From IMG/VR virus record IMGVR_UViG_3300045157_000010: 64,000 bases of DNA; one strand, written 5' to 3'. The DNA is from a virus. The notes beneath the pieces were generated by a model. The model did not search any database. It saw only the letters and a list, made by a program, of their open reading frames with translations, and was not told the DNA's origin. Of this stretch, positions 1-7,752 are shown in pieces (the stretch's first letter is position 1; the number at the start of each line of letters is the position of its first letter). The translations under genes and the position numbers were made by a program.

Positions 1-717
1 GTTACGCTCCAGAACCTGCATCTCCAGGCGCAAAGCCTGATCCCGCAACTTCCAGTGCTTGAACGCGGGACGCAACACCGAAGTGCCCTCCCACGACGTA
101 TCACGCGGCGCATGACAATAAGCCACAAGACGATCAACGGGGATAGTCGCACCATCCGCCCGCGCCGTGCCGGTGCTAGCCCCAACTTGCTCCACCGACG
201 ACAGACCACCATCCTCTGCCACATTGATACGGGTCAACGTCCCCGGATACCGGGGGGCCAACTTAGCGAGGTGCATACGGCCCCCGCGCTCCTCATAAAC
301 CTGCTCAAAGAACATCACACCGTACTGCAACGACAGAAGAGCCTGCTGCAAGTGCTCAGTCCACGACACACGCCCACGCCGACGCGCCACCGGCTCCTTG
401 GGAGAATCACCCAACACCGGAAGACGCAGATCCTCCGACACCAACGCCACAACCTCATCCGGTGCGCCGTTCGGGTCCAACCGCCAATCGGCACGCTCAA
501 TCGGCAACCACAAAGCATTCAACACCGAAGTAACCTGAGCATCCTCACGCCCCATCTTCGCAAACACCGCAGCCGAATGCGGAAACCGAAGCTCCCAATT
601 ATCCTCAGCCGTAATAGCGCCCTTAGACGAAATAGCGTGGCCGATCTCCGGCGTACGCCTAGAATCGGAGGTTGGCGACAAATTGCGAACCTTCCGAGGC
701 TGAAATGGATTCCACAT
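1..717 (-). CDS. Portal protein, 5' part (complete copy at 49428-50891)
   Basis: Identical to 50175-50891. Confidence 0.85.
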   Translation of the reverse strand, partial: MWNPFQPRKVRNLSPTSDSRRTPEIGHAISSKGAITAEDNWELRFPHSAAVFAKMGREDAQVTSVLNALWLPIERADWRLDPNGAPDEVVALVSEDLRLPVLGDSPKEPVARRRGRVSWTEHLQQALLSLQYGVMFFEQVYEERGGRMHLAKLAPRYPGTLTRINVAEDGGLSSVEQVGASTGTARADGATIPVDRLVAYCHAPRDTSWEGTSVLRPAFKHWKLRDQALRLEMQVLERN

Positions 718-2200
718 GCCCCACGAACCTCCTTGTCTTTTTCACGTCCGGCGCATCCACCGGAATCTCAAACTCAACTAGCCCCCACAACGCGAACGAC
801 GCAGCGACGAGCACACTGACCACCGGGGCGGTATGCTGAAACGCACGATCACCCCGAGACCCCTGACGGAACTCCGCGACCTCCAGAGCATCCCCCCACC
901 GGGGATCCCCATCATGTGTCAACGCGCCCTCGCGGAACATCGTCAACAGCAGCTCGCACGCCGCCGTGACCTTCCCCCAGGCGATCTGCTCCGGCTCCAC
1001 ACCAGACTTCGTGAGCGGGTCCAACAACGTAGCGCCGACACCCTTCGTCTCAATGACCACCGCCACCGGATCGTTCTTCGCCACCGTCCTAGCAACCGAA
1101 GCGACAACCTCATCCCGGTCAAACACCGACACAGGGGCAAGGGACAAATGCACGCCCCTATCGGTACGCAGCGCGGCAACCATGCCAACCCCCGCACCCT
1201 CCGGCGCGACATCCAACCCCACGCAACAATCACCGACAACACTCGGGCGAGACTCCGCGACCGCCTGCCACTCGACAGGATCAACCACAAACTCCCTGCC
1301 CTCATCCTCATCACCACGCGGATACCACTCACCCGTGCCCAACGACTCGACCGTGAACACCGCCCGCAGCTCCGGCGACTTCCCCGCAGACTTCGCCGCA
1401 GCCCGGATCTCGCTCAACTGCACACCAGGCCCACGATCCACCAAGGAAGGGTTAGCGATGCGCCACGACTGCTCCACGAGAGGATCGGCCCCCTCGGGCA
1501 TCGACCACTCCTTGAACAGAATCCCGTCCTCGCCGTCAATGCCCGCCCACCGCTTAGCCGAGAAGATCGCGCCGTGCATATGCTCCCACCGATTCACCGG
1601 CGACGAGATAAACACCTTCTGCGCATTCTCCACAGCAGCCGTCGTCGAGTTCATCGCAGCGAACACCTCGACCGGAAGGTCGTAGCACTCGTCAAAGATC
1701 AGCAGATCGATCGTCCGACCACGGCCCGTCTTCTTCGTCCTCGTACGGAACACCGCCGACGCACCATTCGGGAAGTGGATAGCCTCCTTGCCGTTCGACT
1801 TCATCAGCTCCGGCTCACCCTCGAACTCATCCGCCCACCAGCCCATCAGGTCCGGGTGCTCCGAGATCACATCCCACAACCGGCCCATAGCGTCCAGCGC
1901 CGTTTCCATCAAGTGCGCCGTGTGGTAGATCAGCCGCTCACCGAACAAGAAGATGCCGGCCAACTCACGGGCAACCAGAACCTCGCCCTTACCGTTCTGG
2001 CGGGCAACAACCACCGCAACCTCACGAGCCGACCACAACCCCGACTCATCCGTCCGGCACATATCCCGCAGCAAATCCTCCTGCCACGGGTACAGGGTCA
2101 GCCCGCAGAACCTGGCGAACTCCACCGCCTCATCGCCCCGCGCAACATCACCATCGGGAACATGAGACAAGCGAGGCTCACGGATGCCAAGCAGCGCCAC
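659..2200 (-). CDS. terL: Terminase large subunit
   Basis: Walker A-like VARQNGKG, GRGRTIDLLIFDE Walker B, C-terminal nuclease GLDVAP; upstream of portal. Confidence 0.95.
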   Translation of the reverse strand: MALLGIREPRLSHVPDGDVARGDEAVEFARFCGLTLYPWQEDLLRDMCRTDESGLWSAREVAVVVARQNGKGEVLVARELAGIFLFGERLIYHTAHLMETALDAMGRLWDVISEHPDLMGWWADEFEGEPELMKSNGKEAIHFPNGASAVFRTRTKKTGRGRTIDLLIFDECYDLPVEVFAAMNSTTAAVENAQKVFISSPVNRWEHMHGAIFSAKRWAGIDGEDGILFKEWSMPEGADPLVEQSWRIANPSLVDRGPGVQLSEIRAAAKSAGKSPELRAVFTVESLGTGEWYPRGDEDEGREFVVDPVEWQAVAESRPSVVGDCCVGLDVAPEGAGVGMVAALRTDRGVHLSLAPVSVFDRDEVVASVARTVAKNDPVAVVIETKGVGATLLDPLTKSGVEPEQIAWGKVTAACELLLTMFREGALTHDGDPRWGDALEVAEFRQGSRGDRAFQHTAPVVSVLVAASFALWGLVEFEIPVDAPDVKKTRRFVGHVESISASEGSQFVANLRF

Positions 2201-2213
2201 CCGCTCACCCCCC

Positions 2214-2480
2214 TCACTCCACAGCCCTCAACGACTGGAACTTCCCACGACCAGACGAAGCCGACGTGCGCTTACGCTCGCCAAACAGGTCAGGCCGGGC
2301 AGTCGTCCACCGCGCAATCTCCGCACTGCACTTCTGTTCGATCAGAACAGCCGGGTTCGGGACCAACGAACCGTTCACCTCGACCGTCACACCCCGCTCC
2401 CTGATGATTTCTTGGGCCTCCAGCGCCGTCGAAACCAGCCCGTCGAAGATCCGAACAATGTCCTCATCAGAATTACTCAC
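2214..2480 (-). CDS. terS: Terminase small subunit (P27-like)
   Basis: ERGVTV..NG..VPNPAV motif; directly upstream of terL. Confidence 0.75.
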   Translation of the reverse strand: MSNSDEDIVRIFDGLVSTALEAQEIIRERGVTVEVNGSLVPNPAVLIEQKCSAEIARWTTARPDLFGERKRTSASSGRGKFQSLRAVE

Positions 2481-2611
2481 TGTGTGGCCCCCTAACGGAT
2501 TGAAGGAACAAGACTGACAACGTCACCTAGCAGCGCTAAAAGCCCGTCAGAAGGGCCATGCAAGGCCGTACAGGGGCATTGTGGAACTACGGGGAGAGAG
2601 AAACGAGATAG

Positions 2612-2624
2612 CGGAGCGGCGGGG
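2612..2624 (-). other. Candidate cos site (possible 3' overhang near CCCCGCCGCTCCG)
   Basis: Non-coding gap between HNH and terS; G/C-run motif followed by pyrimidine tract TCTCTCTCCCCG; strand skew flips here; exact cut site inferred only. Confidence 0.4.
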
Positions 2625-2701
2625 CCGAGTCAGGCGGGGCACCCCCTCAATATTTTGTGGGGTGGGGTCTTAGGTTGTCCACATGTTGTGGTTTGGGTTG
2701 C

Positions 2702-3412
2702 CTATCCCCAGGTGAAGCCGTCTGGTTCGTTCGATTCGGCCACCTGTTCGTTTCCGGGTTGGCGTTCGTCGTGCCCTGCACCTCGGCTACGGTTACATGC
2801 CCTGTGCAGTAGGCGGTCAGCGTCCCCTGGCCCGTGGTGCTTCAGGTCTCGCGTGTGGTCGGCTTCTAGTGCCGCGCCGTCGAAGTTCTTGGCGGGGTCT
2901 TTCCACATTGGGCGTTGGCACCATTCACACGGTGTGCCGTCTTTCATGTTGAACATGAGGCGTTTGCGTACTTGTTGGTGCCTGTGATCGTAGCCGCGTT
3001 GTGCTGCTGTCTTCGGCTTGTCTCGGTCGTACCATGCGGCTGCGACCTTCAGCATGTGCGGTGGCCGCTCGGCCTTACACCGTCGCATGACTACAGCCTT
3101 GCCGGGGTCGATGGTGCGGATCTCCGCTCCGGCTTGCCTGTACTTGTCGAGGGTCTTAGCAGACGGCGTGCTGTCTACTATCCACACGTCTGTGGTGTTG
3201 GCGTGCTTCACGGCTTCCGTGATGGCTGCTCGTCGTGCGGCCTGTGTCACTGCCTTCACCGTGTCGGTGTGCGTGTGGTTGTCCACAGTCTCGCCGGCGA
3301 TTGTGTTGGCGATTTCGTCGTAGTCGATGGTGATGTCGCCGGGTTGCCGGTGGTCTCGTATGTAGGTGCTCTTCCCTGCGGCGGGGGGACCGGTGATGAT
3401 GTGTAGGGGGAT
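2702..3412 (-). CDS. P-loop NTPase-HNH endonuclease fusion, likely packaging-associated (start uncertain: ATC 3412 or GTG 3517)
   Basis: GPPAAGKST Walker A; CEWC...EADH...LHRACN HNH zinc motif; position before cos/terS. Confidence 0.8.
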   Translation of the reverse strand: MPLHIITGPPAAGKSTYIRDHRQPGDITIDYDEIANTIAGETVDNHTHTDTVKAVTQAARRAAITEAVKHANTTDVWIVDSTPSAKTLDKYRQAGAEIRTIDPGKAVVMRRCKAERPPHMLKVAAAWYDRDKPKTAAQRGYDHRHQQVRKRLMFNMKDGTPCEWCQRPMWKDPAKNFDGAALEADHTRDLKHHGPGDADRLLHRACNRSRGAGHDERQPGNEQVAESNEPDGFTWG

Positions 3413-3477
3413 GGTGTGTGCCCTCCCCTCTGGTGTTGTAGGTGCCCCCCCCTGTTCGATGAGAGGGGGGGGTGTTG

Positions 3478-3519
3478 TGCGTGCCGGGGGCTTGAACCCC
3501 TGGTGCCTGCCTGTCACGC
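3478..3519 (-). ncRNA. Minihelix-like T-loop module
   Basis: GCGTG/CACGC stem enclosing CCAGGGG-TTCAAGC-CCCCGG. Confidence 0.3.
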
Positions 3520-3606
3520 GCCGTGATGGCTGGCGTTGTCGGGTCTCGTCGTCCGGCGAGGATCACCGACAGCCGCGCTTCCTACCATCCGCAAACGGCA
3601 GGTTCG

Positions 3607-3677
3607 TGCGCCATCCGGGACTCGAACCCGGGTCTCCAGCTACTTGCACTGGTGCGAACCAACTTCGCCAATGACGC
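3607..3677 (-). tRNA. tRNA-like gene with non-canonical anticodon loop (GCAAGUA; nominal AAG), no encoded CCA
   Basis: GCGTCAT/ATGGCGC acceptor, GCGA/TCGC D stem, CCAGT/GCTGG anticodon stem, CCGGG-TTCGAGT-CCCGG T arm; lacks U33 and purine 37. Confidence 0.7.
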
Positions 3678-3822
3678 TGCCCCGCGTCCGGGGCGTTCCC
3701 TAGTTCCGCGTACGTCACCAGGGCTTCGGCGTATCCGTAAGGATTACCGGTAACAATGGGGCACCTGCCTGTAGCAACCAGTACCCCTCGGTTCAGTGAG
3801 CATGACCACGCTGACTGAACCC

Positions 3823-3894
3823 TGCGCGATGGAGGGGAATCGAACCCCGCACTGCCCGGAGTGACCGGCCAATCTGCGACCTTTGCAGCACCGC
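3823..3894 (-). ncRNA. Degenerate or non-canonical tRNA-like cloverleaf
   Basis: GCGGTG/CATCGC, CTGC-AAAGGTC-GCAG, CCGG-TCACT-CCGG, GGGG-TTCGATT-CCCC. Confidence 0.5.
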
Positions 3895-3915
3895 TAACCT
3901 ACGGGTAACGACTCC

Positions 3916-3977
3916 AAAAACGCTGACCAGTCCGGGGACGGTCAGGAGCAAAGCCCCCTCGGCTAGCAGGGAGGGGG
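3916..3977 (-). terminator. Two hairpins 3' of tRNA-Leu, the second followed by a U tract
   Basis: CCCCCTC/GAGGGGG (3954-3977); CTGACC/GGTCAG followed by CGTTTTT (3916-3945). Confidence 0.4.
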
Positions 3978-4053
3978 TGGTACTTCTAGCAGGATTCGAA
4001 CCTGCACTGAACGGGTTTTGAATCCGTTGCCTCTGCCATTGGGCTATAGAAGT
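3978..4053 (-). tRNA. tRNA-Leu(CAA), short variable loop, encoded CCA
   Basis: ACTTCTA/TAGAAGT acceptor, loop TT-CAA-AA, GCAGG-TTCGAAT-CCTGC T arm, A73-CCA; 76 nt. Confidence 0.9.
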
Positions 4054-4218
4054 AGGTGCCTTGCGTTTACAGTCCGTGATCCGGCGGCAACAATCGTTTG
4101 TCCGGTGTCGGCTTGCGTAAGCGTTTGGCATGAACCCCGGCAGGAGGACCGGGGTAGGAGAACCACAGAAGGAGAAGAGGTAAGGGTTTCAAGTCTTCCC
4201 TGAAAACCTTACCCAATT

Positions 4219-4227
4219 ATTATAGCA
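4219..4227 (-). promoter_or_regulatory. Extended -10 promoter TGCTATAAT driving the tRNA locus and probably late genes
   Basis: Perfect TGnTATAAT overlapping the stop codon of the upstream gene; no consensus -35. Confidence 0.7.
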
Positions 4228-4900
4228 CGGGTTTAGTGAGGGTCCCTCTATGCATATTCTCTGTCTTTATTTTCGCCATCTTCATCACATCGTCCAAGCA
4301 GTATTGGATTGGCCCTCCCTCGGTTAAGCACCGAATCACCCCTTGATATCTCCAGTCTCGAATCGTGTAGACAGATCTACCGCAGAGTTTCGCGGCCTCT
4401 TCCGCGCTGCCCCATTCCGGCGCTTCCGTCGGGTACATCTCGTGGTACAGGTCTCGCACATGCTCCCACTCGTACAGCAACCATTCCACCCCCTCTGTCT
4501 CCACAACCTCAGCCGCATATGCCTTCAGCCGACTCACAATCGGGAACAACGGTGCGAGGTAATCTTCCCCCGTGTGATTGCCGAACAAGTCGAACTCGTC
4601 CTCGTCGTGGCCGATGAGTCGCAGTCCGATGCACTTCCCCCGGTTCGTGAACCACAGTGGCCGCAGGCTAACAGGCGGGATAGTTCCCCGCCGCATACAG
4701 GTGAGTGCAATGTTCCCCAGGCACGCCGCCTCAGTGTCCGCTAGGTCCATCATCGCATCGTTGCAGGGACTCTTTGGGCCGAACCCGCCGAACGTTGGGG
4801 TGTCGCTGTATCCGATCCCGCCTCGTTGGATTCGTGCCCGGTGTCGCCGGATCGCGTCGATGGTGTGATCCAGGTGTTGCCTAAGCTGCTGCGCGTCCAG
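4220..4900 (-). CDS. HTH DNA-binding protein, putative late transcription regulator (CTG 4900 or TTG 4915 start)
   Basis: C-terminal AEEAAKLCGRSVYTIRDW HTH; last gene of the middle operon; GGAGG 6 nt before CTG. Confidence 0.6.
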   Translation of the reverse strand: MDAQQLRQHLDHTIDAIRRHRARIQRGGIGYSDTPTFGGFGPKSPCNDAMMDLADTEAACLGNIALTCMRRGTIPPVSLRPLWFTNRGKCIGLRLIGHDEDEFDLFGNHTGEDYLAPLFPIVSRLKAYAAEVVETEGVEWLLYEWEHVRDLYHEMYPTEAPEWGSAEEAAKLCGRSVYTIRDWRYQGVIRCLTEGGPIQYCLDDVMKMAKIKTENMHRGTLTKPVL

Positions 4901-5105
4901 TCTCCGCCTCCTCAATCATCCCGGCGAGCGTCTTACGTACTTTCGCCGGGGTCCATTTCTCGTTGATCGTTGTTTTCCCCCACACGTGGTACGGCTTCGT
5001 GTGGGTGAGGGTGATCCCTAGTTCCCCGGTGTTGCTGTTGAGTACGGTCACCCACCATTTGTTGCCGTCTGGCGGTGCGGGTAGTAGGTCCGCTACTGAC
5101 TTCAT
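4881..5105 (-). CDS. Hypothetical protein
   Basis: RBS GAGGAG then ATG; stop/start coupling. Confidence 0.65.
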   Translation of the reverse strand: MKSVADLLPAPPDGNKWWVTVLNSNTGELGITLTHTKPYHVWGKTTINEKWTPAKVRKTLAGMIEEAETGRAAA

Positions 5106-5374
5106 GCGTTCTCCTCTGCGTACTTCGCTGCGGCGAGGTAGATCAGCGCAACCTCGCGCAAGCGGTCTGGCGAGTCCAGGGTCATCGCCCCGTTGTCGTA
5201 GGACCACAACCCCTCGTCGGGATGGAATGCGACCTCGCCGCCCCACTCGACCCACCCGTCATCCTTCACGGTCGGCTCTGGCAGATCCGGTGCAATCAGC
5301 CCCTCATCCCGCAGTCCCCTTGCGAGGAGCCGGTACCCTCCGAGCACTTCCCGCGCCCGCTTGTAGTTGTTCAT
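5102..5374 (-). CDS. Hypothetical protein (paralog of 16770-17174)
   Basis: AAGGAG RBS; GLIAPDLPEP and LAAAKYAE motifs. Confidence 0.7.
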   Translation of the reverse strand: MNNYKRAREVLGGYRLLARGLRDEGLIAPDLPEPTVKDDGWVEWGGEVAFHPDEGLWSYDNGAMTLDSPDRLREVALIYLAAAKYAEENA

Positions 5375-5568
5375 TTGTTCTCCTTCGTCTCGATGCGCGT
5401 ATCCCGGAACACGAGCAGGCCCAACACAATCGTGATGAACACAGGCCCGAACCCCACCTCATGCCCGAACTCTGCGACCAGTGGGCGAATCCCCCACTCG
5501 ACAAGCGCGGCGGCGAGCAAGCCCTGGAGCACTGCGACCGCGATAATTAGTGCTGCTGATTCCTTCAT
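5371..5568 (-). CDS. Small membrane protein
   Basis: Two hydrophobic segments; RBS; coupled to next gene. Confidence 0.65.
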   Translation of the reverse strand: MKESAALIIAVAVLQGLLAAALVEWGIRPLVAEFGHEVGFGPVFITIVLGLLVFRDTRIETKENK

Positions 5569-5625
5569 TTGTTTCTCCCTCGTTTAGATGAGCGTGACGG
5601 GTATGCGCTCCCCGCCTCCCGCTGG

Positions 5626-7752
5626 TTACAGTGCGCAGGACTCGCAGAACCCGGCAGCGGTACCCTCCACAGCGGTGCCCGTCATGGCCGGCTGTTGGAT
5701 GCGGATGTAATAGATCCCCTTACATCCCTTGCGCCAGGCGTAGATCCGTGCCCGGTCGAGATCGCGGGTGGTTGCGGTATCGGGGACGAAGATCGTCAAC
5801 GACTGCCCCTGGTCCACCCAATGCTGCGACACTGCGTAGGTGTCGATCAGCTTCTCGTATCCGATGGTTGAGGCGGACTGGAACAGTGCAGCGTTCTCGT
5901 TCGTGAGGTGCGGCTGCGGGTAGTACACGCGCCCGAGCTTCCCCTCCTTACGGATCTCCACACCGGACGCCACCGGGTGGATAGAGGACGTGGAGTGGTT
6001 GATGTACGAGATACTGCCGGTCGGTGGGATTGCCTGAAGGTAGGCGTTCGCCATGCCGTACTTCGCCACTTCCAGTCGCAGCGCATCCCACTCAGCTCGT
6101 GACGGTGCGGACAGTCCGGGCATGATCTCCAGGTCATCCCCGAACTCATCCACCTTCGGATCGACTACACGGGTGAACCATTCCCCGGTGTCGTACTCGC
6201 ACCCGTCGAACCATGCGTGCGGGCCGTACTCTCGTGCGATCTGCGTTGACGCGAGCATCGCCGCCCACGTCACCCTAGCCATGTAGCGATCCAAGATCCA
6301 CAGTGATTCCGGCGATCCATACTCAATACCAAGGCTTCCGAGCGCACCATGCCAGTTCATCTGCCCCAGGCCGATACTCCGCGAGTTCTCATTACCCCTA
6401 CGAACATCCGGCACGGCGTCAATGCTGGTCGTGCGCGACACCTGATCCAGCGCCTTCGTTGCGACAACAACCGTGTCCACGAACTCATCCGTGGTCAGGC
6501 CGAGCATCTTCCCCATGTTGAACGAACCAAGGTTGCACGAGATCTGCGACCCCTCGACCTTGAACGACCCGTCCGGGTTGAACTCCGAGGGGGTCTGGAG
6601 CTGGTAGATCTCATTGCAAAGGTTGGACTGGCTAACCCTGCCCACGTGACCCATCGGGTGCTGGCGGTTAGCATTGTCCTCAAACATGCAGTACGGGTAC
6701 CCAGACTGGAACTGCACCTCAGACAGGGTGCGGAAGAAGTCGCGGGCCTTCACCTTCTTCTTCGTGATCCGCTCATCTTCCACCCAATCGTGGTAACGAT
6801 CGGACACCACGCAGTCAACGAACGGCTTGCCCTCAACCTTCGCCACATCGTAGGGGCTGAACAGGTACATGTCCTTGTTGTCCCGCGCCAGCTCGAACGC
6901 AATGTCGGGGATGATGATCCCCACGGAAAGGGTTTTCAGTCGGATCTTCTCGTCCGCGTTCTCGCGCTTGGAGTCGAGGATCTGCATCACGTCGGGGTGG
7001 TTTGCGTGGACGTAGATAGCGCACGCGCCCTGACGCTGCCCCAACTGGTCGAAGTAGGAGAACGTGTCTTCCAGAACCTTCGCCGGTGGGATCAGCCCTC
7101 GTGCCGCGCCCTTCAATCCCTGGACTGGTGCGCCCGCTTCGCGGATGTTGCTGATGTTGATTCCCACACCACCGCCACGCCGGGACAGCTGTGCCGCCGA
7201 CATGAATGTGCGGGTGATGGATTCGGTGTCGTCCTCGGCACGCAGTAGGAAGCATGACACGCGCTCCCCGCCCTGCGCCCTACCGGCGTTCAGGAACGTG
7301 GGGGTAGCGGGCTGGAAACGTCCGGTGATGATCGCGTCCACAATGTCCCGCGCCTGCTGGAAGTCGCCACCCGAAAGGTCGATAGCGACCATAACAACGC
7401 GGTCCTCGAACCGCTCTAGGATCGTCTCGCCGTCAACGTCTCGAAGTGCGTACGCCTGGTAAAACTTGAACGCGCCCATGTATGACTGGAAGCGGTACTT
7501 GTACGTGTAGGCGAGCTTGAACAGGGACTTGAACTGTTCTGGGGTGAATCGGTTAACCGTGGCTCGGTCCCAGAGGTTGTTCCCTACGAGGTAGTCGGTT
7601 TTTTCTTCGAGGGAGTGGAAGAACCGCGTGTGGGTGTTGACGTATTCGAGGTGGTAGGCGCGGGCTGCTTCTCGGTCCTTGTCGAGCTGAAGCTTCCCGT
7701 CTTTCAGGATGTTGACTTCACTGTTGAGATCGAAGTAAGTAACGTCGGTCAA
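5626..7752 (-). CDS. nrdE: Ribonucleotide reductase class Ib alpha subunit (TTG start)
   Basis: PATPTFLNAG, VSCF, SNLCNE, AIPPTGSIS, GIYY, C-terminal CESC; no ATP cone; AAGGAG RBS before TTG. Confidence 0.95.
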   Translation of the reverse strand: MTDVTYFDLNSEVNILKDGKLQLDKDREAARAYHLEYVNTHTRFFHSLEEKTDYLVGNNLWDRATVNRFTPEQFKSLFKLAYTYKYRFQSYMGAFKFYQAYALRDVDGETILERFEDRVVMVAIDLSGGDFQQARDIVDAIITGRFQPATPTFLNAGRAQGGERVSCFLLRAEDDTESITRTFMSAAQLSRRGGGVGINISNIREAGAPVQGLKGAARGLIPPAKVLEDTFSYFDQLGQRQGACAIYVHANHPDVMQILDSKRENADEKIRLKTLSVGIIIPDIAFELARDNKDMYLFSPYDVAKVEGKPFVDCVVSDRYHDWVEDERITKKKVKARDFFRTLSEVQFQSGYPYCMFEDNANRQHPMGHVGRVSQSNLCNEIYQLQTPSEFNPDGSFKVEGSQISCNLGSFNMGKMLGLTTDEFVDTVVVATKALDQVSRTTSIDAVPDVRRGNENSRSIGLGQMNWHGALGSLGIEYGSPESLWILDRYMARVTWAAMLASTQIAREYGPHAWFDGCEYDTGEWFTRVVDPKVDEFGDDLEIMPGLSAPSRAEWDALRLEVAKYGMANAYLQAIPPTGSISYINHSTSSIHPVASGVEIRKEGKLGRVYYPQPHLTNENAALFQSASTIGYEKLIDTYAVSQHWVDQGQSLTIFVPDTATTRDLDRARIYAWRKGCKGIYYIRIQQPAMTGTAVEGTAAGFCESCAL

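Noticed and set aside
3793-4131. 112-aa ORF across the tRNA locus
   Set aside because: Overlaps tRNA-Leu and the hairpins, has no RBS, and the composition is not protein-like
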